Assembly (NCBI GenBank): GCA_038496445.1
Contig: JALMLS010000452.1
Location: 4,139-68,138, forward strand
Source of the DNA: Trichosphaerium sp. ATCC 40318
Taxonomy: Eukaryota; Protista; Tubulinea
Direction of reading: 5' to 3'
Length of the DNA stretch: 64,000 nt
A model generated the notes under the pieces. The model was given only the letters and a program-made list of their open reading frames with translations. It was not told where the DNA came from and did not search any database. The position numbers were made by a program, and so were the translations under genes. Of this stretch, positions 1 through 13,669 are shown piece by piece; positions within the stretch are counted from its first letter, which is position 1; every line of letters starts with the position of its first letter.

Positions 1-514
1 TAGTGGTCATAACTAGCAAACAGGATCAAAACACTAGAACTATTTCATTAAGTGCAAGGGCTTCAGGCTCCAAAGAATGACAGGGAGAACATGCTGTTCT
101 CATGAATTGGGGGCAAGTTGGTATAGTTACCGCATTCATTTACCTATTGTCGGTACTACAAGGCCGGCTGAATGACCGACCTCTATGGTGACCCTTGATG
201 CCGGCTGGTTCACCGGCATCAACTAGCTTCCCATCTTTGTGGTTCGTGGTCAAGTGGAACAAAAAATTTATCGATACAAAAGTTTATCGATAATCTGAGT
301 CAATTCCATTGTAACAAGAAAATCGAGAAGAGTTGCTGTGGCGTTGATCACTACGCTTAAAGTTTCGATTTTTGGTAAAACGGCGTTGATTAAAGTTGTT
401 GCGCCGAAAATTATTGCCAAAGTTGCAGTTTTGATTGTCATACCGTTGATAGCTTCTATTAGGCGCTATCAACGGTTTGTTGGCAAGGAGCCGCCAATAT
501 TTTCCATCCAGAAC

Positions 515-665
515 ATTGTGAGAGTTGATGTTACGTCACTATGACAACGAGAATGACACTTTGAACAACCGATTTTTACTGTTTCTGTATCTTGCGGTGA
601 GGCTTCAACCGATCAAATCGTATAATAATGCTATCAGTACGGTAAATTGAAAAAATCTGATTTCA
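515..665. repeat. Dispersed ~150-bp repeat; inverted copy at 63424-63591 (possible BED-finger/hAT transposase relic)
   Basis: acgtcactatgacaacgagaatgacactttgaacaa...ggcttcaaccgatcaaatcgta...ggtaaattgaaaaa(a)tctgatttc is found reverse-complemented near 63.5 kb. The minus strand reads VKIGCSKCHSRCH (CxxC); the BED call is weak. Confidence 0.75.
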
Positions 666-1361
666 ACCTGTGAGAGTACTGCTCATACGTATTTCTACGC
701 TTACAGAAACGTTTGATAGCACTTTAAACAAAAACTATGCTGTTTTACAGTATTTAACTGTTACAACGCAACTGAGGTGTTTTGTGTTCCTCACATGCGC
801 TAGGAGAGTACATTCATGTTATTTTTATCCCATTTCAGCCTAAATGATCAAGCAGTGTTCGAAATACTACGAGCGTCAAAATAAAGCACAAAAACGAAGG
901 ACAGACACATATTGAGACTTAAACTGAAAACCAGCGATAGCACACAACGATTAACCCAAAAGTTTACTTTTCCGCTTGCGTTAAACATTGCAAGAGCGAT
1001 GTATATACTGTATGCGTTTTTACCCCGTTCTAATGCGAGGGCTGTAATACTTTGACTTGCGCATAGTGAAAAGTGATACGAACGCAAAATGCAGAGTTTT
1101 GGTGAACATAGCTTGTGTAAGGGCGAATACGCTTTGTTGAACAACTCTATTTATCGCTCAATGCAACCTCAAAACAAAATAGCTCACAAGGGTTTGAGCG
1201 ACAGCCTTAAAGAAGGATCACGCCGGTGTTTTTGTCTAGATACTATGCTACCGAAAAAACATGAGAAAAGAAGTTGCACAAGAAATTAAACTAAGTTACC
1301 TTTTTGTTGTATCGACGCCAGGTAGAGTATTGAGAGAGTACAGGTGATGGAAAAAGACTAA

Positions 1362-1530
1362 AAACCACAACGGAGCTGCACGAGGTAACAGTAAACCCTT
1401 ATCACCTACGAATGGGATACCTCTACAATAAAGGCTAAACAGAGTTCAGCCAATACTCCATGTTGTTGCAGCGTAGTTCTTTCCTCCACAAGAAGCAAAG
1501 TCATGACTTTTCTTTAACGGTAGTTTTTTG
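1362..1530 (+). repeat. 169-bp near-identical direct repeat; second copy at 58953-59121
   Basis: aaaccacaacggagctgcacgagg...ttaacggtagttttttg matches the second copy except for about 2 nt. Upstream ~400 bp is homologous but much more diverged. Confidence 0.9.
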
Positions 1531-1872
1531 GCAAAGTACTTTTTTTTAATTGTACTTTTGTCCACGTTTGATTTTCTGTACTCTGTTAGTGCCCACCTCT
1601 AGCCAACGTGCACACTACGTGTTCACTTTCACTTTTAGTAGTTGTAAACATGTCCGGTTTCAAGAATGACTGTATGCTTTATACACTACTACGCGCATAG
1701 AGTACTACTATGACAATTAGAGCGGCAGCAGTGGAGTTTTAAGTAAAAGGGAAAAAACAACTTTTTCTGTGCTGCTCAATGCCACACAAAGTTTTTCAGC
1801 GCGAATAGCTTTCGCAAAACATGTTTATGATGATCTAGTTCTATTTGGGTTACAGTTAACCTCATAGTACTC

Positions 1873-3250
1873 TTGGTACTGGCGAACGGAAGATCTACGT
1901 CTATACAGCCAAGTAAATTAACACCCATTGTAATTATGGTATTACACTCTATTGTGACCGGCACGCAAATAGAATCTGTCAAAGATATCGAATATGTTCG
2001 TCGGTCAATAAACAACGTAGGCTTGATGGGCAAAATAAGATCGAACGCAACAAGAAATCTACCTAAAAACCAATTGTTCAGGACATACCCAAACCAATCA
2101 GAATTAGTAGTTCAATATCAATGCCATAAGTTTCGTGGCATACGTAAATGCTTGGCGATCTTCTTAGATGAGCACAAACCGCATATCTTTTTCTTTACTG
2201 AACCTGGATTACGTGAACAACCGAGGAGAAAGTTAAAGTCAAACATTATAGAATGATACCAGACTATGAATTCTATGCATTCGGCTATTCAGGTGCTGAA
2301 CCAACAAGCACTCATCTGAAAATAAAAAAAATTGTAAATGCGTGTTGTTCATCATGACATTGCTTTTTGTACTTCATCGAACTGCAAACGGTTTTCTCTT
2401 CCTAGTGATACAGCATGGCCAAACGCCACTCAAATAGCGTCGTTTATATCGCACCTTGATGGCAAAGTTATACAAAAGAAGTGATGCGGCTTAGAGACAT
2501 CTGCTACATGGAACCATTCCTACAACTTTTCTTGTAGTTTCCTACAACTAAAAGAGACTACCCTTAATTTCACTTCTAAGCATGTTATTCACGTGTCAGT
2601 ACAGAGTACTGGTCAACGCCAAGATATATGGTGCGCAGTACTCACAAAAATACTTTACAATCTCTTCTCCTAATGGTGATTTAGGAACACTGTTGACGAA
2701 TGCCATTATGCTCAACATGAAGTTTCTTACCCGAAGAACATAAGACAAAGAAAACATGTTTTTGACAGTTGGTCCAGGTAGTAGAACATCTTATTTCTTG
2801 ACTTTATCAGAACTCACGAGGCTCTTATCACCGTGTATTGTATTGGTTATTCTATCTCATGCTCAGGGGCTCTTCAACCACGTACTGAAATACAATTATT
2901 CGAACTTACAACTCTTGCAGTGCGTATTGGAAGGAAATAACAATACAAGTGACGTCGGCGTACCAAGTGTGTACTTGGTATCTACTGCTCTAGACTTTAA
3001 AAAACTAGGTTAATTTACCGGAATTCTTGGCGGTTTCAACACCAACATAGATATTAGGATCCGTACTGTACTTGCTCCTGCAATGCGTAACGCGTTGATG
3101 GCATTAACTTGCTATGTGAGTTGGATCGAATGCCACAAAATTAATGAATGGGTTCACTGTATTGAAGCCAGGCGTTGATCAATGGGTTTACTGGAATGAA
3201 CCTCAACATAACTTCGAATCAACATAATCATGGCAAGAGAGCTACTATGG
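1873..3250 (+). mobile_element. Degraded non-LTR (LINE-like) APE endonuclease relic
   Basis: LVVQYQCHKFRGIRKCLAIFLDEHKPHIFFFTE resembles an EEP/APE N-terminus. IPDYEFY and ILGGFNT (cf. ILGDFN) fragments follow, with many stops and frameshifts. Confidence 0.4.
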
Positions 3251-4086
3251 ATCTATTGTTATCTACAATGAGTGAAGAGTATGTATGATCCGAAATATGT
3301 TCTTGCTTGTTTTCATTGTGTTGGTTGGGAGAAAGTGACAAAATGTAGATAAAGCCACTTGTCAAAATGATTGCTCTTGTTCCAACCAATTATCTACAAG
3401 TGTATGTGCTCACAAAGACATGTGACTATCTTAAAACAAATCTTATGAAATGTCCCTCTTAAGGAAGTGTTCAGAAAATAACTACTGCAATATTTACGCA
3501 ATGATCAAAAGATAAAATTGACAAAGAGACAGCAAGACAGATATGTCACAGTGTGCCCTATTTCAGAACAAGGAACCGTAGCAAACAACCAGCATTTATG
3601 AATGAGACATGAATCTTTAAAGACAAGCAATTTAACAAACAATTCCAAACAGTGATACTAAAATACCTTACATTAAAACCAGAGGATTCCAGAGGAGAGA
3701 CTGTGCACTATGCAATAACATGGAGAAATCACGGGTTTTTTACAACAGAACTAGATGCTAGCTCACATATGACATACAATACGTAACGAATGGCTTGCAG
3801 TATAGCAAGGATATACAAAACTACTTTTGATCAAGTATCTAATACCGCAAGACTGCCAAAAATAGAGGATTCGGGAGACATAATCAATTCCAATAAATTA
3901 AAAAGTTGAGCCAAGACCGTAGTAAACTGTTGCTCAAAGATGACACAGTCACAAATGAACAGTGCAACAACAAAGCAATACAAGTATCTAATGAAACAAA
4001 AAAATAGACATGCAAGTTAGTATCTTTTGACAATTCGGACAGTGAACTGAACCAAACAAATTTTATTTACAAGCATATTAGCTAGT

Positions 4087-6926
4087 TCAAGCAACTACAA
4101 TATCGAAAGTATTGTAATTTTCACCTCTGGCTTCAGGAAAACAATCGCCACAACAAGTATTCTTCGTCTTACAGTAACAATTAATAGATGTCTTACTACC
4201 CGAAGTAATACTTCCTTTGTATGTGGCAATAAAAGAAGTGCAATCACTGTCCTTCGATGCTAAGAGAGCACATTCTGATGAGAATAATTCATACTTTTCT
4301 TTCCTTCCATTCATGGCAATAGGCTTAAAACACATCTTTGCAGCAGCTTCATTTGTAGCATTGCAGCTGTGACTGTCATTGTTTGAATAAAAACGTACAC
4401 CATCACATGTCGTTCCATTTTCTCGAGGTACAAGTGTTGGAGGTTGATGGCTTGTAAATGTACTGAGAGGCTCATTATCACAATGACGACAATCATCAGA
4501 TAATGGCCAAGTAGGCACACGTGACAGAATCTTATTTAGATTCGCAGTATCGCAATCTATACACTTATCTCCGTGTCTCCAATCAACAATATGCTGTGAA
4601 GGTGGTACGAATCCTGAGTTGTAAAGTGTGAGTACTTGATGTAACTAGCATTTTGTTGTACCTGGGAATGAACGTCCGCTTCCTTTCATGTAACAAGTAG
4701 CAAGATACGCTGGATCTTTAGGGAATACTATTTCCGTCTCTCCAAACGTATCAGAAGGTTCACGAGCGTCAACGCTGAAACAGACGTAAACGTCACTTGC
4801 GGACTCTGTTAATGCTGTAAAGTTGAAGTGCTCATAGCACGAGTTATCTACTATACCAACTTGCTCAGAATAACGCGATGCAATGGAAAGAGGCATCACT
4901 GCAAGTCCACTACAAGTGGTAGAGCTTGGCTGGCAATTGCGAGCGCAATAAGAAATGTCATCATAAATACGAGAACACTGACTTGCTGTACTTTCAGGGA
5001 AGTAACAATGATCAGCACGACTAACAAAACAGTTAGGGGTGGAGACTAACAATATGAAAAAGAAAAAGTTGAAAAACAGGTCTCGGTTAGCGCACGTGAA
5101 TGTAGCTATTTCTTCCTTAACACCATACACTTCAGCAACTTGACTAGATACATAATCAATATCAATACAATCTCTGTAACCGGCCCAAATCCAGTGAATA
5201 ATATAACTACCATATCCAGCACGACCCGGAATCTTAAGTTTAACCATATCAGCATCATGTGGTCTATGAGCTGTATGTTCTGATTTAAATATAGCTTCAA
5301 TCCAAGGCATATCAGCGTTTTCATACTCCGCATAGTTGCTCTCATGTGTTCCGTTCCTATATACTAATAATCGAGCGTCATGTTCCCACGTCCCGAAAGC
5401 GTCAGGCCGAGGCATAAAGTTACTGTCAGTGGACTGTATCTCATTAATGTACATTGCTTCCAACTCTGCGTTGTTAGAAAAGTTGCGAGCAGTGAACTAG
5501 TGCAATGAGGAATAAAGCTAGTAGCAGCGAGGTTGTATTGCGCTTGTTGGACGATGATGAAACACCAAACACTGCTAAGCAGATCCACACAAGAGAAGCG
5601 ATAGATTTTGTAGCCGGAGACTCTTGAAGTGGGTTTTCGAACGCCTTTGTAGGTGCATTTGTTGGATTTAGGGTATCGTCTAGTACTACAGGAGCATTCG
5701 TAGTTGATAAACAGTTGCAGAAGCGAATACTAGTAGAGTTAGAAAGAAGAACAACTATTACAAGACAATATAACCAAAATAGCACAGTTATTAGTACGTA
5801 CGCTGTAGCTGATGTTGCGTCACAATCTATACGTGTATCTGAGCGTCCATTAGCTCCACATCGCGTATCATCATAGTAGCAGAATCCATCATCAGTTTGT
5901 AGAGGACCAGTGTTGGCACAACTACTGAGATACGGCAGTTTACAAAGAAATTGACCAAGTTCTTCGTCTATACGATTCACACTATTAACACGTTCCATTG
6001 ATACGACATCACAAAGTAGCCCTTCTTCAACGCATCTTCCAGTACACGATTGGCCTTTCTACACAAAAGAAATGAGCCATGACTTAAAATCAAAAAGATG
6101 CTGAGTTATTCAAATTTTGTTGTTCGTACCGCTGCTGTATACCAACCTCCATTATTAAGGACGGCAGTCGATTCATCGAGATAGAAATCACCATCTTTAT
6201 TTGGCCACCAAAAGTCTCCTTTGTTGGCATCACCGCTCTTAATCAGACAACGGAATGTTACTCTTCCTGTGCCGGCTGGTGGTGCAACAAATTTAAAAGT
6301 CGACTCTAAAGGCTTCACTACAGCGTTCTTATGCATTACAGTGCGTTTACATTGATGACTCTCATCCCAAGGAAGATAGTAATGAGCTATAAAAAAGATT
6401 GTAAGCAAATTAAACGAGACAAACGAAAACGATGCAAAAACTACAAAAAAACACAACAATTTCAAAAAATGAAAAAAAATTCGTAAAACGTGCCTGGAAA
6501 ATCTTTAGGTAATTTCCATTCTCCTACGTGTTCTCCGTTTTCATTTTCTGCGTATAACATCATTCCACGGTACTTTACCGCGTAATCAATAACAAGTACG
6601 GTTAAATCCAATACGCTTCCAGGTATGTAGCTTGTGTCTGGCGACTCTTCGCTGCCTGAGAATAACTTGTATTTGTCTGTTCTTGTTGTTTTAGTTGCCC
6701 AAGGCATTACTGGCTTTGGGTCCATTTCGCATGCAAACCTATTAGCTACTTGTACTTCAACGCCGTTTTGTGTTACTGTTTTTAGCGCCCATTTATCTGG
6801 TTCACAACCCCAATTTGCTGTCGCGTTGCATGACGTTACGATAGCTGTACTTGAGCCTGAAGCGGCATGCGATATATTAACAAGGACCCCAATGGCTAAA
6901 AGCACACACAGTTTAACGTTGTACAT
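4087..6926 (-). CDS. Secreted multi-exon protein: signal peptide, Reeler domain, Cys-rich region, internal hydrophobic pair, LPMO-like C-terminal strand motif; frame break near 5480
   Basis: Signal peptide MYNVKLCVLLAIGVLVNISHA. Reeler motifs YIPGSVLDLTV..YRGMMLYAEN..VGEW and HKNAVVKP..FVAPPAGTGRVTFRC. Later LKIPGRAGYGSYIIHWIWAGYRDCIDI. GT-AG introns join the ORFs. Confidence 0.7.
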
Positions 6927-7939
6927 CTATTAATGCGTAAGAAAGAGTTTAAAGAGGGTTTGATGGTAAAACAAGCAAAAACTGGCTTCACATATAAGTG
7001 TAAGTGTATGCGTACTCTACTATACGGAAATGTATAAGGGTTTATGATGACTTGCTGTATTTAGGTTTTTTGTTTTAAAATGTGAATAATCAGAACTTTG
7101 ATGCGAGTTTTCGTGAAATTCAAAGACAGAAAATGGAAAAAGGAGGAGAATGACGCTTCAGAAACAACAAGCGATTGGTAGCACTGAAATGAGAACCTAT
7201 AGCAAAAACTGCGAAGAACTATGTAAGTGTAGAAGCTAAACGTCGTAAATGAATGGTTTCTGAATGCTATAATGCATATACTAACAGAACCTAAAAATAA
7301 AACGCCGTTTCGTTGTGTAAACATTTTAATCCGATTTTTTTTTTTTGAGCTCGTTAACGAACACCACTGAATCAGTGGTGTACAAGGGCTAATGTAAATA
7401 ATAGGTGCCAAAAATAGATATGCCATAGCCCGAAAACAGTATTTTATTCTATGGCGTGCAACACTTGTTTTTGTATTGTTTCAAATCAGTGTGTTTGCAG
7501 ACCATCACTCCTTTTACCATTGTAGGTTCTCAAAATAGTTAAAAAAAGACATGGTTTTCATTAGCTAGTTATGTTACAACACTTAAGAATGTTTGTATGT
7601 CTAGTCAAAGCTGACAACTAAAACGGAATTGACCCAGGATATTGATAAAAAAGAAAGTTGACATCCCCATTTTCGTCATTACTCATTGCCTAAACTTTCC
7701 ACTTATATTTGACAATAGAGCTATTACAAAGCCTCCACCATAGAATGTACTATGCTTAAATTATATGACATTTAAATAGTTACACTTTTAACGATCAGTA
7801 CGAGAACTATGGTACAAAATAGTCAAATAACAAGAGCAATAGCCTGGGTTATTTGAAAACCTGCCGTGCGCACGTTCCAGTACAATATTCTACTTGCAAC
7901 CTGTTGCATCAGCGCCTATGTCAACAGAGTATACAAGCG

Positions 7940-8640
7940 ATAACGGCAATCTTAGATATTCCATCAGAGATAATAGCTCATTTACTAAAGTTTGTTCATG
8001 GTTTTGACCGATTCAGTGTTTCTCAGAGTTGTAAGCTACTATCAACCGTCGTACATCAAGTTATTGGCTATGTAACTATCTGTAGTAGATGATCATATTG
8101 TTGTATTTGTCTTTGGCAGCCCGCTGTTAAAAAACACCAAAACACTTTTCAGACACCAACTACATAACCTCGCTCTTGTCAATGGTGTGAAGCATCTTGG
8201 ACTTAGAGGAAACACTCAAATAACCGACCACGGATTGATGAGCATACTTGCTTTTCGTCAATGGATTTTTGGGATTGTCCACGTGTCACAAACAATATAT
8301 TCAATCTGTTTGTGGGATGCAACATTTAACTTTAGGATAGTATACTGAAATAATCCTTGAAGCCTTAGTAGCTATTGGTGGACATCTAAACTATTATCAG
8401 TTTCGGTCGAGATAGAAGTGCATGGCTAAGCATGCCCGTATTGAGAGGATTCGCCACCCAAGTTTGAAATTGAATACTTGTAAATCAGGAACATTCAGAA
8501 CATTATAAATAGTACTATTTATAACCAATTTGATCGATTCATGACAAGTTGCATCGTGGCTAATATCGCCAAAACCATTGCAAGGAATTTCGCGGAAAGA
8601 GTAATTACAAGGAAAAGAAAATGGTGAAAGTAGTTCACTA
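7940..8640 (+). pseudogene. F-box/LRR (FBXL-like) pseudogene
   Basis: F-box-like ILDIPSEIIAHLLKFVHGFDRFSVSQSCKLL, followed by LRR fragments (HLGLRGNTQITDHGL, DFWDCPRVT) broken by frameshifts and stops. Confidence 0.6.
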
Positions 8641-9942
8641 AAACTGAAAACTCTAAAAAAAAAGCAATGGAATGAGCCAGAAAATGACAAAGAGTATCAG
8701 CACGGTCCTCGAAACATGGTAAATAAATCCCCATACGCCTGCGTTTGCGAAACTGACTATTTTAAAGACATTTAAAACAAGATCTGCTTATTGCACAGCG
8801 CATGGATTAAACAAAAATGTCGTGACCTTGTTTTCTTAAAGGGTATCGTTGTAGGAAGCCGTGTGCTAGTGCCTCGGATTTCGTTTGCAGATATCTACTA
8901 GTTTCGTTTATGATGCTGATGTAATTTTTAGGTACACAGCACACCTTGATTCAGCGCTAATATGGGTTCTTAACGGCATGTCTTCTCTTTTTTTTTTTTC
9001 TTCAAATGTTAAATTTCTTTTATCTACAAATGCCTAATTTTGACGATTACGAAGCATTCAATTCTATGACCAAACTTGAGTATATGGATTACGTAGAAAA
9101 AGGAGGGGCTAACCTCCCACATTTAACACGAACAAATGAAAGTACGTTTTGCTCTTTTTTTTGTTTTGCTATTGAGCCAATGATACGAGTTTCTAAGCTT
9201 TTTAGGACCGTCTTGTCTCATTAGATTGTATTGTTAAAGCAGGTAAACATATTTACATAAAACTATTGAGTGCAAATGGGGATCAGGTACGAGAATAAAG
9301 CAAAAACCTTTTTTGTTAATTTTATTTACTTACAAAAACTACTTAGCAAAATATTGATACTGGATATCTTATATGCCACTGTGTTCATACTGGAGTTCAA
9401 GGAAATACAGCAGCTGAAAATCGTTCTGATTATGGTATGAAAATCAGAACTGTCTATCATCAATCAGACAAGGCATAGTTTCTCAGTTTGATCAAACCTA
9501 ATAAATAAAAATTTTCAACAAATAGAATTTGATGTACACTTTTTTCAAGCCATACCAAGTCACACATGATTTTGCTGACTCGAAATTTCACGAACTTGTA
9601 CTTTTGGTATGTATTGTTGCGTAGCTACGATTACATTGGTTTTTTTTACTCGATAGCAGAATATTTCTCGAGAACTACCTGAAATTAAAATGGGGGCTCA
9701 GTTTTTTATCCAGATTTTTATCTCCAATACTTCGCTAACAACATCACGTGATCAAAAAAAACCTCAAGGATTTGGATTATTCATACATCGCATAGATAAT
9801 AAACAACTATCAAGCGCTTTCCATAATTACAAAACGAAGGCATTTTTACTTTGGCGAACAATTTTCTTATTAGAATTCTTTTGCGTTAGTTGTCGCTAAC
9901 CAAGGCAACAAATGAATCTACAACAACAAGTTCAACACATCT

Positions 9943-10524
9943 ATGGTAGAGTATAGAATAGTAGTCTTTGGTGTTGGCGGTGTTGGTAAATCAGCTTTAA
10001 CAATAAAGTTTGTTCATAATTTCTTTGTGGGTAGCTACGATGCTACAATAGAGGACGGATATAGAAAGATTACAACCATTGATGGAGAAAATGCAGTTAT
10101 TAATATTCTCGATACTGCCGGTCAAGAAGAGTACTGCGCGCTTAGAGAGACGTATATGTGTTCATCAGATGGTATATTATTAGTATACGATATTACAAAC
10201 CAGTCCACGTTTGATGATTTGGAGGAATTTGTGAGGCAAATACAAAAAACAAGAGGGATAGAAAACTTACCTTGTGTTGTTGTTGGAAACAAGTGTGATT
10301 TGTACAAAGATAGGCGTATTGATACATTAGATGGTAAATACTTTGCTACACGTTTTAATATGCCTTTCTTTGAAGCTTCGGCAAAGAGAAATATTAATGT
10401 AGAAAACCCATACTTTGAACTTGTTAGGGAGATAAGAAAAATAAGAAAAAATGCCGATGAAGAAAATACGAAAAAACCAAGAAAGAAAAAAAGATATGTT
10501 AAGCGAAACTGCTCAATAATGTAG
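9943..10524 (+). CDS. ras: Ras-subfamily small GTPase, intronless
   Basis: GVGGVGKS, YDATIEDGY, DTAGQEE, NKCD, EASAK, polybasic tail and CAAX box CSIM. Confidence 0.97.
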   Translation: MVEYRIVVFGVGGVGKSALTIKFVHNFFVGSYDATIEDGYRKITTIDGENAVINILDTAGQEEYCALRETYMCSSDGILLVYDITNQSTFDDLEEFVRQIQKTRGIENLPCVVVGNKCDLYKDRRIDTLDGKYFATRFNMPFFEASAKRNINVENPYFELVREIRKIRKNADEENTKKPRKKKRYVKRNCSIM

Positions 10525-10997
10525 ACTAGAAATTCACCAAGAGTTTGTAAATAATGATTCATGTATATAAACAGTAGTTACAGAAAGAGGTCTACTACAA
10601 TATGCGAGTCGCACGAAAAAGCAAACAGCTTCTTGTTGATTCACATCAACACAATAAATAGTTATATCAAACCTTAGTTATAGTGTAAATATATATGTAC
10701 ACCACACATCACAACAATCACATGAGCTGTTGGTATTCACGAACAAGCAAAACTTAGGTCAATAGTTATCTTTCCAGCAGAAACTAGATTGATTTTGCTA
10801 CAAGTCAAACAACTTTAATGAGACAGACAATGTTATCTTTTCGTACTGTTGCACTAGTCACTTACAATATAGGTTGTTTATTTCGAAGCCATTAAAAAAA
10901 GAAGCTTACACAGAGTTTGTCTTTGAAATAAACAAAGATTAAAGCTTGAATAAATACAACATCTCAAGCGTTTTTTTTTTTTTTGGTTTTAGTTTGA

Positions 10998-13669
10998 CTA
11001 ACAAGAAGTTGCCAACTCTACTGCATTGTCGTTTTGTGATACATTTCCTGATGCCGTTTCACCTGACTTTGTATTTTCAGATGTCTTTCTTGTCTTGCTT
11101 ACAATCTTAACAGACCCACAAGTAATAGTATTAAAAGCCACTCGGCAATACTGCGGGAATTGGGGCATAACTAATACAAAACTAATTAATACAAACTCCC
11201 ACCAATGCTACGCGTACAAAAAATGAAGCAAGCCGCAAGCAAGCCTATAGAACAGTTTGCTAGAGTCCCTATAATTGAAACTGGTCTACTAACACGGAAT
11301 GGGAATACTAAAGAGATGATATAAGAGCAAGCATGTGAAAGTTACCGTACTATCAGCACAATTAGTACCACCTTGGGCTTCGCATATTGCCCAAGTAGCT
11401 ACTTCTTCATCGCTGACTTTACGCCCTAGTTCAAAGGCTGTATTTTGCGAAGCAGTACCAAGACCACCTAACCAAACCTGGAGAGATAAGTCAATATACA
11501 TGTGCGTAACAAAAACTCAACATACCATGCCAAGATAAATAAGTTGTGTGACTTGAATAGTAGTGTAAGCGCTCACACGTTTACGGCTCGAATGTTTTAA
11601 CAAGTGCTTAGCCTAGGGTTGATAAGATAACAAAATACCACTTCAAAACACGTGATTTCAACTTACCCTTCTTAGTTTCAAAACAAGTAAAATAATATTC
11701 ACTGTTTGAACTACAATAGGAAGGATCACTAGAATGGAGGTTGAGCAAAGGATACCAAATGCTGGTTAACGTACTTGGTAGTTGGAGGAAAAGAACATAC
11801 AGTGTTGTAACTGCCCACTCCGGATAGTCACTTGGTTGAAAGTATACTATTAAAACACACTTTAGATGTTGGTTGTTGATGTATTGACAGGCTTACCGTG
11901 ACATCCACGTACACATCCTGGCATGTTTGCGAAGTATCCGTTTATTATCCACGTAAGAGCTACTATTGTAGGATACAACGCAGCAACAATGAAGCTTGTA
12001 ATCCTATTATGGAATGTTAAAAAGTGGAAACAAGTTGCTTTTTTCTCATAGTTGAAACAACGTACATGTGCCAAAGCCTCCATTTAAAATCCAAGTTATA
12101 TATTGATACTGTAATAATTGTACCATAAACTGCCCAAAAGTGCAAGCATAGGTAGTAAGGGATGTACATTAGGAAAGCTTCGAAATAAAATGTAAACACA
12201 GCAATCAACAAAGTTGAAAGAACTATACCTGTTACTGCACATGGACGTGCACCAGCTGCATGTCGTGGTCGTTGTAGCCTAAAATACCCACGTTCGTGGC
12301 ATTGGTGAAAATCAAAACCAGCAATGAAGTAGCCAAAAGAAGCAACAACTGCCATCCTGTTGTTCGTTTTAGAATATAAAGTGGAAAGTAAAAACGTCTT
12401 TAGAACCGCACCAGCAAGACACAAGAAGCAGATTAGCTGGGAAACGTGTTCTATAGTGTGTGAATGATAGTATTGTGCACGCAATAAACCCTAGAATTGC
12501 ACTGATGGGAGCAAGAGTTAAATGAACCTGTTTTTTAGTTAGATTGATACTCTTGTAAAAGAAACGTTGTAGGGAATTGACTGCGTACCCATTTCTCGAA
12601 ACCACATTTTAAATTTGACCAAGGACATGCAAGTCTGCAAATATTTGAGTCTGGATCCCATATTGTTGGGTGTGTACAATCACGTGTACCAAAAGAAACA
12701 GTTTGGGAATTACAATCAGAGTTATTATTAAAAATAGGCAGTGTTAGAGCTATAACGCATATTAGTCCGTTTATTATGCAATGAAAAATATCAGTGTTTT
12801 CAGAAATATAAGGTTACACGAAAGAGAGCAAGGAAAAAATTGTAGAGAAGGTAAAAATAATTAAAAGTTTTCGACTTTTACGCTCTGTAAGGAGTAAAGA
12901 GTTCTATAACAATCCAGAATTATTGTATAATTATTATTATACAATAATCTAAGCGTAAACTAGTAGAACTTTGTAAATGTGTAAGTTCTCAATAACGAAA
13001 TCTTTATCAACATAAAACAATAAAAAAAAAGGTTCAGTGAATTGAACTTTTGAGTTCGCATCGTTTTAGTTTACGCGTGGCGTACTTGTAGCTCCAATAC
13101 TTAAGTTTTCTGTTTCACTACAATTAGGCGCTAACTCGGGAAATATTTGGAATGCAAGTGCACATTCCGTGAGTACTCTTTCGCATGTTGCAGTACACGC
13201 ACTAGCTGGGAAAACTCTAGTAGTACCAGGGCTACAATCGCCAATCCTGTTTGTTATCAAAAATCAAAATAAAAAGATGCTAACGTTACCTAAAGAGCCT
13301 TTTACACGTCATTTCCTTTATAGCTAAAGCGCAACTATACATTTTAAAGCGTAAGAACAGTATTTAGTTTGATTGCAGTTTTATGTACCTCTGACTGACG
13401 TATGTCGAATAAATAGGTATTAACTTGGCGCTTTCAGCGTATAAGGCCTCTAACTGAGTAGCAGAAAGAAATGTATCTTCTATTGACCCAAACGATGTAT
13501 TTGTGTTCGGTACTAATGTACTCCTATTGTAGTAGTTGCAAATATGATCTTGTGGGAAATCATTGCACTGGTAGAAAGATTGACACTCTACTGCGGCTAT
13601 AAAGCATAAAATAGCCATAAGCGTGCGTACACCCATACAAAAGGTACTCCTTGAGGGCGTACGCGTCAT
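10998..13669 (-). CDS. Frizzled/Smoothened-like 7TM receptor (multi-exon)
   Basis: Signal peptide, Cys-rich Fz-like segment (ACTATCERVLTEC..PNC), TM segments (YRTRFPANLL, RPCAVTG, FIVAALYPTIVAL), extracellular WAICEAQGGTNC typical of amoebozoan Fsl-type receptors. Stop TAG at 10998. Confidence 0.7.

Noticed and set aside
1-472. Retrotransposon gag/protease remnant (N/R-rich ORF ending SCYNG)
   Set aside because: No complete CCHC or D[ST]G motif, so it is too weak to call.
517-677. 9-bp target-site duplication (tgtgagagt) around the 150-bp repeat
   Set aside because: The other copy carries tgagagt at the same end, so the motif is probably internal to the repeat.
1362-1530. tRNA or snRNA gene
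   Set aside because: No cloverleaf, A/B boxes or U1/U2/U4/U5/U6 signature recognised on either strand.
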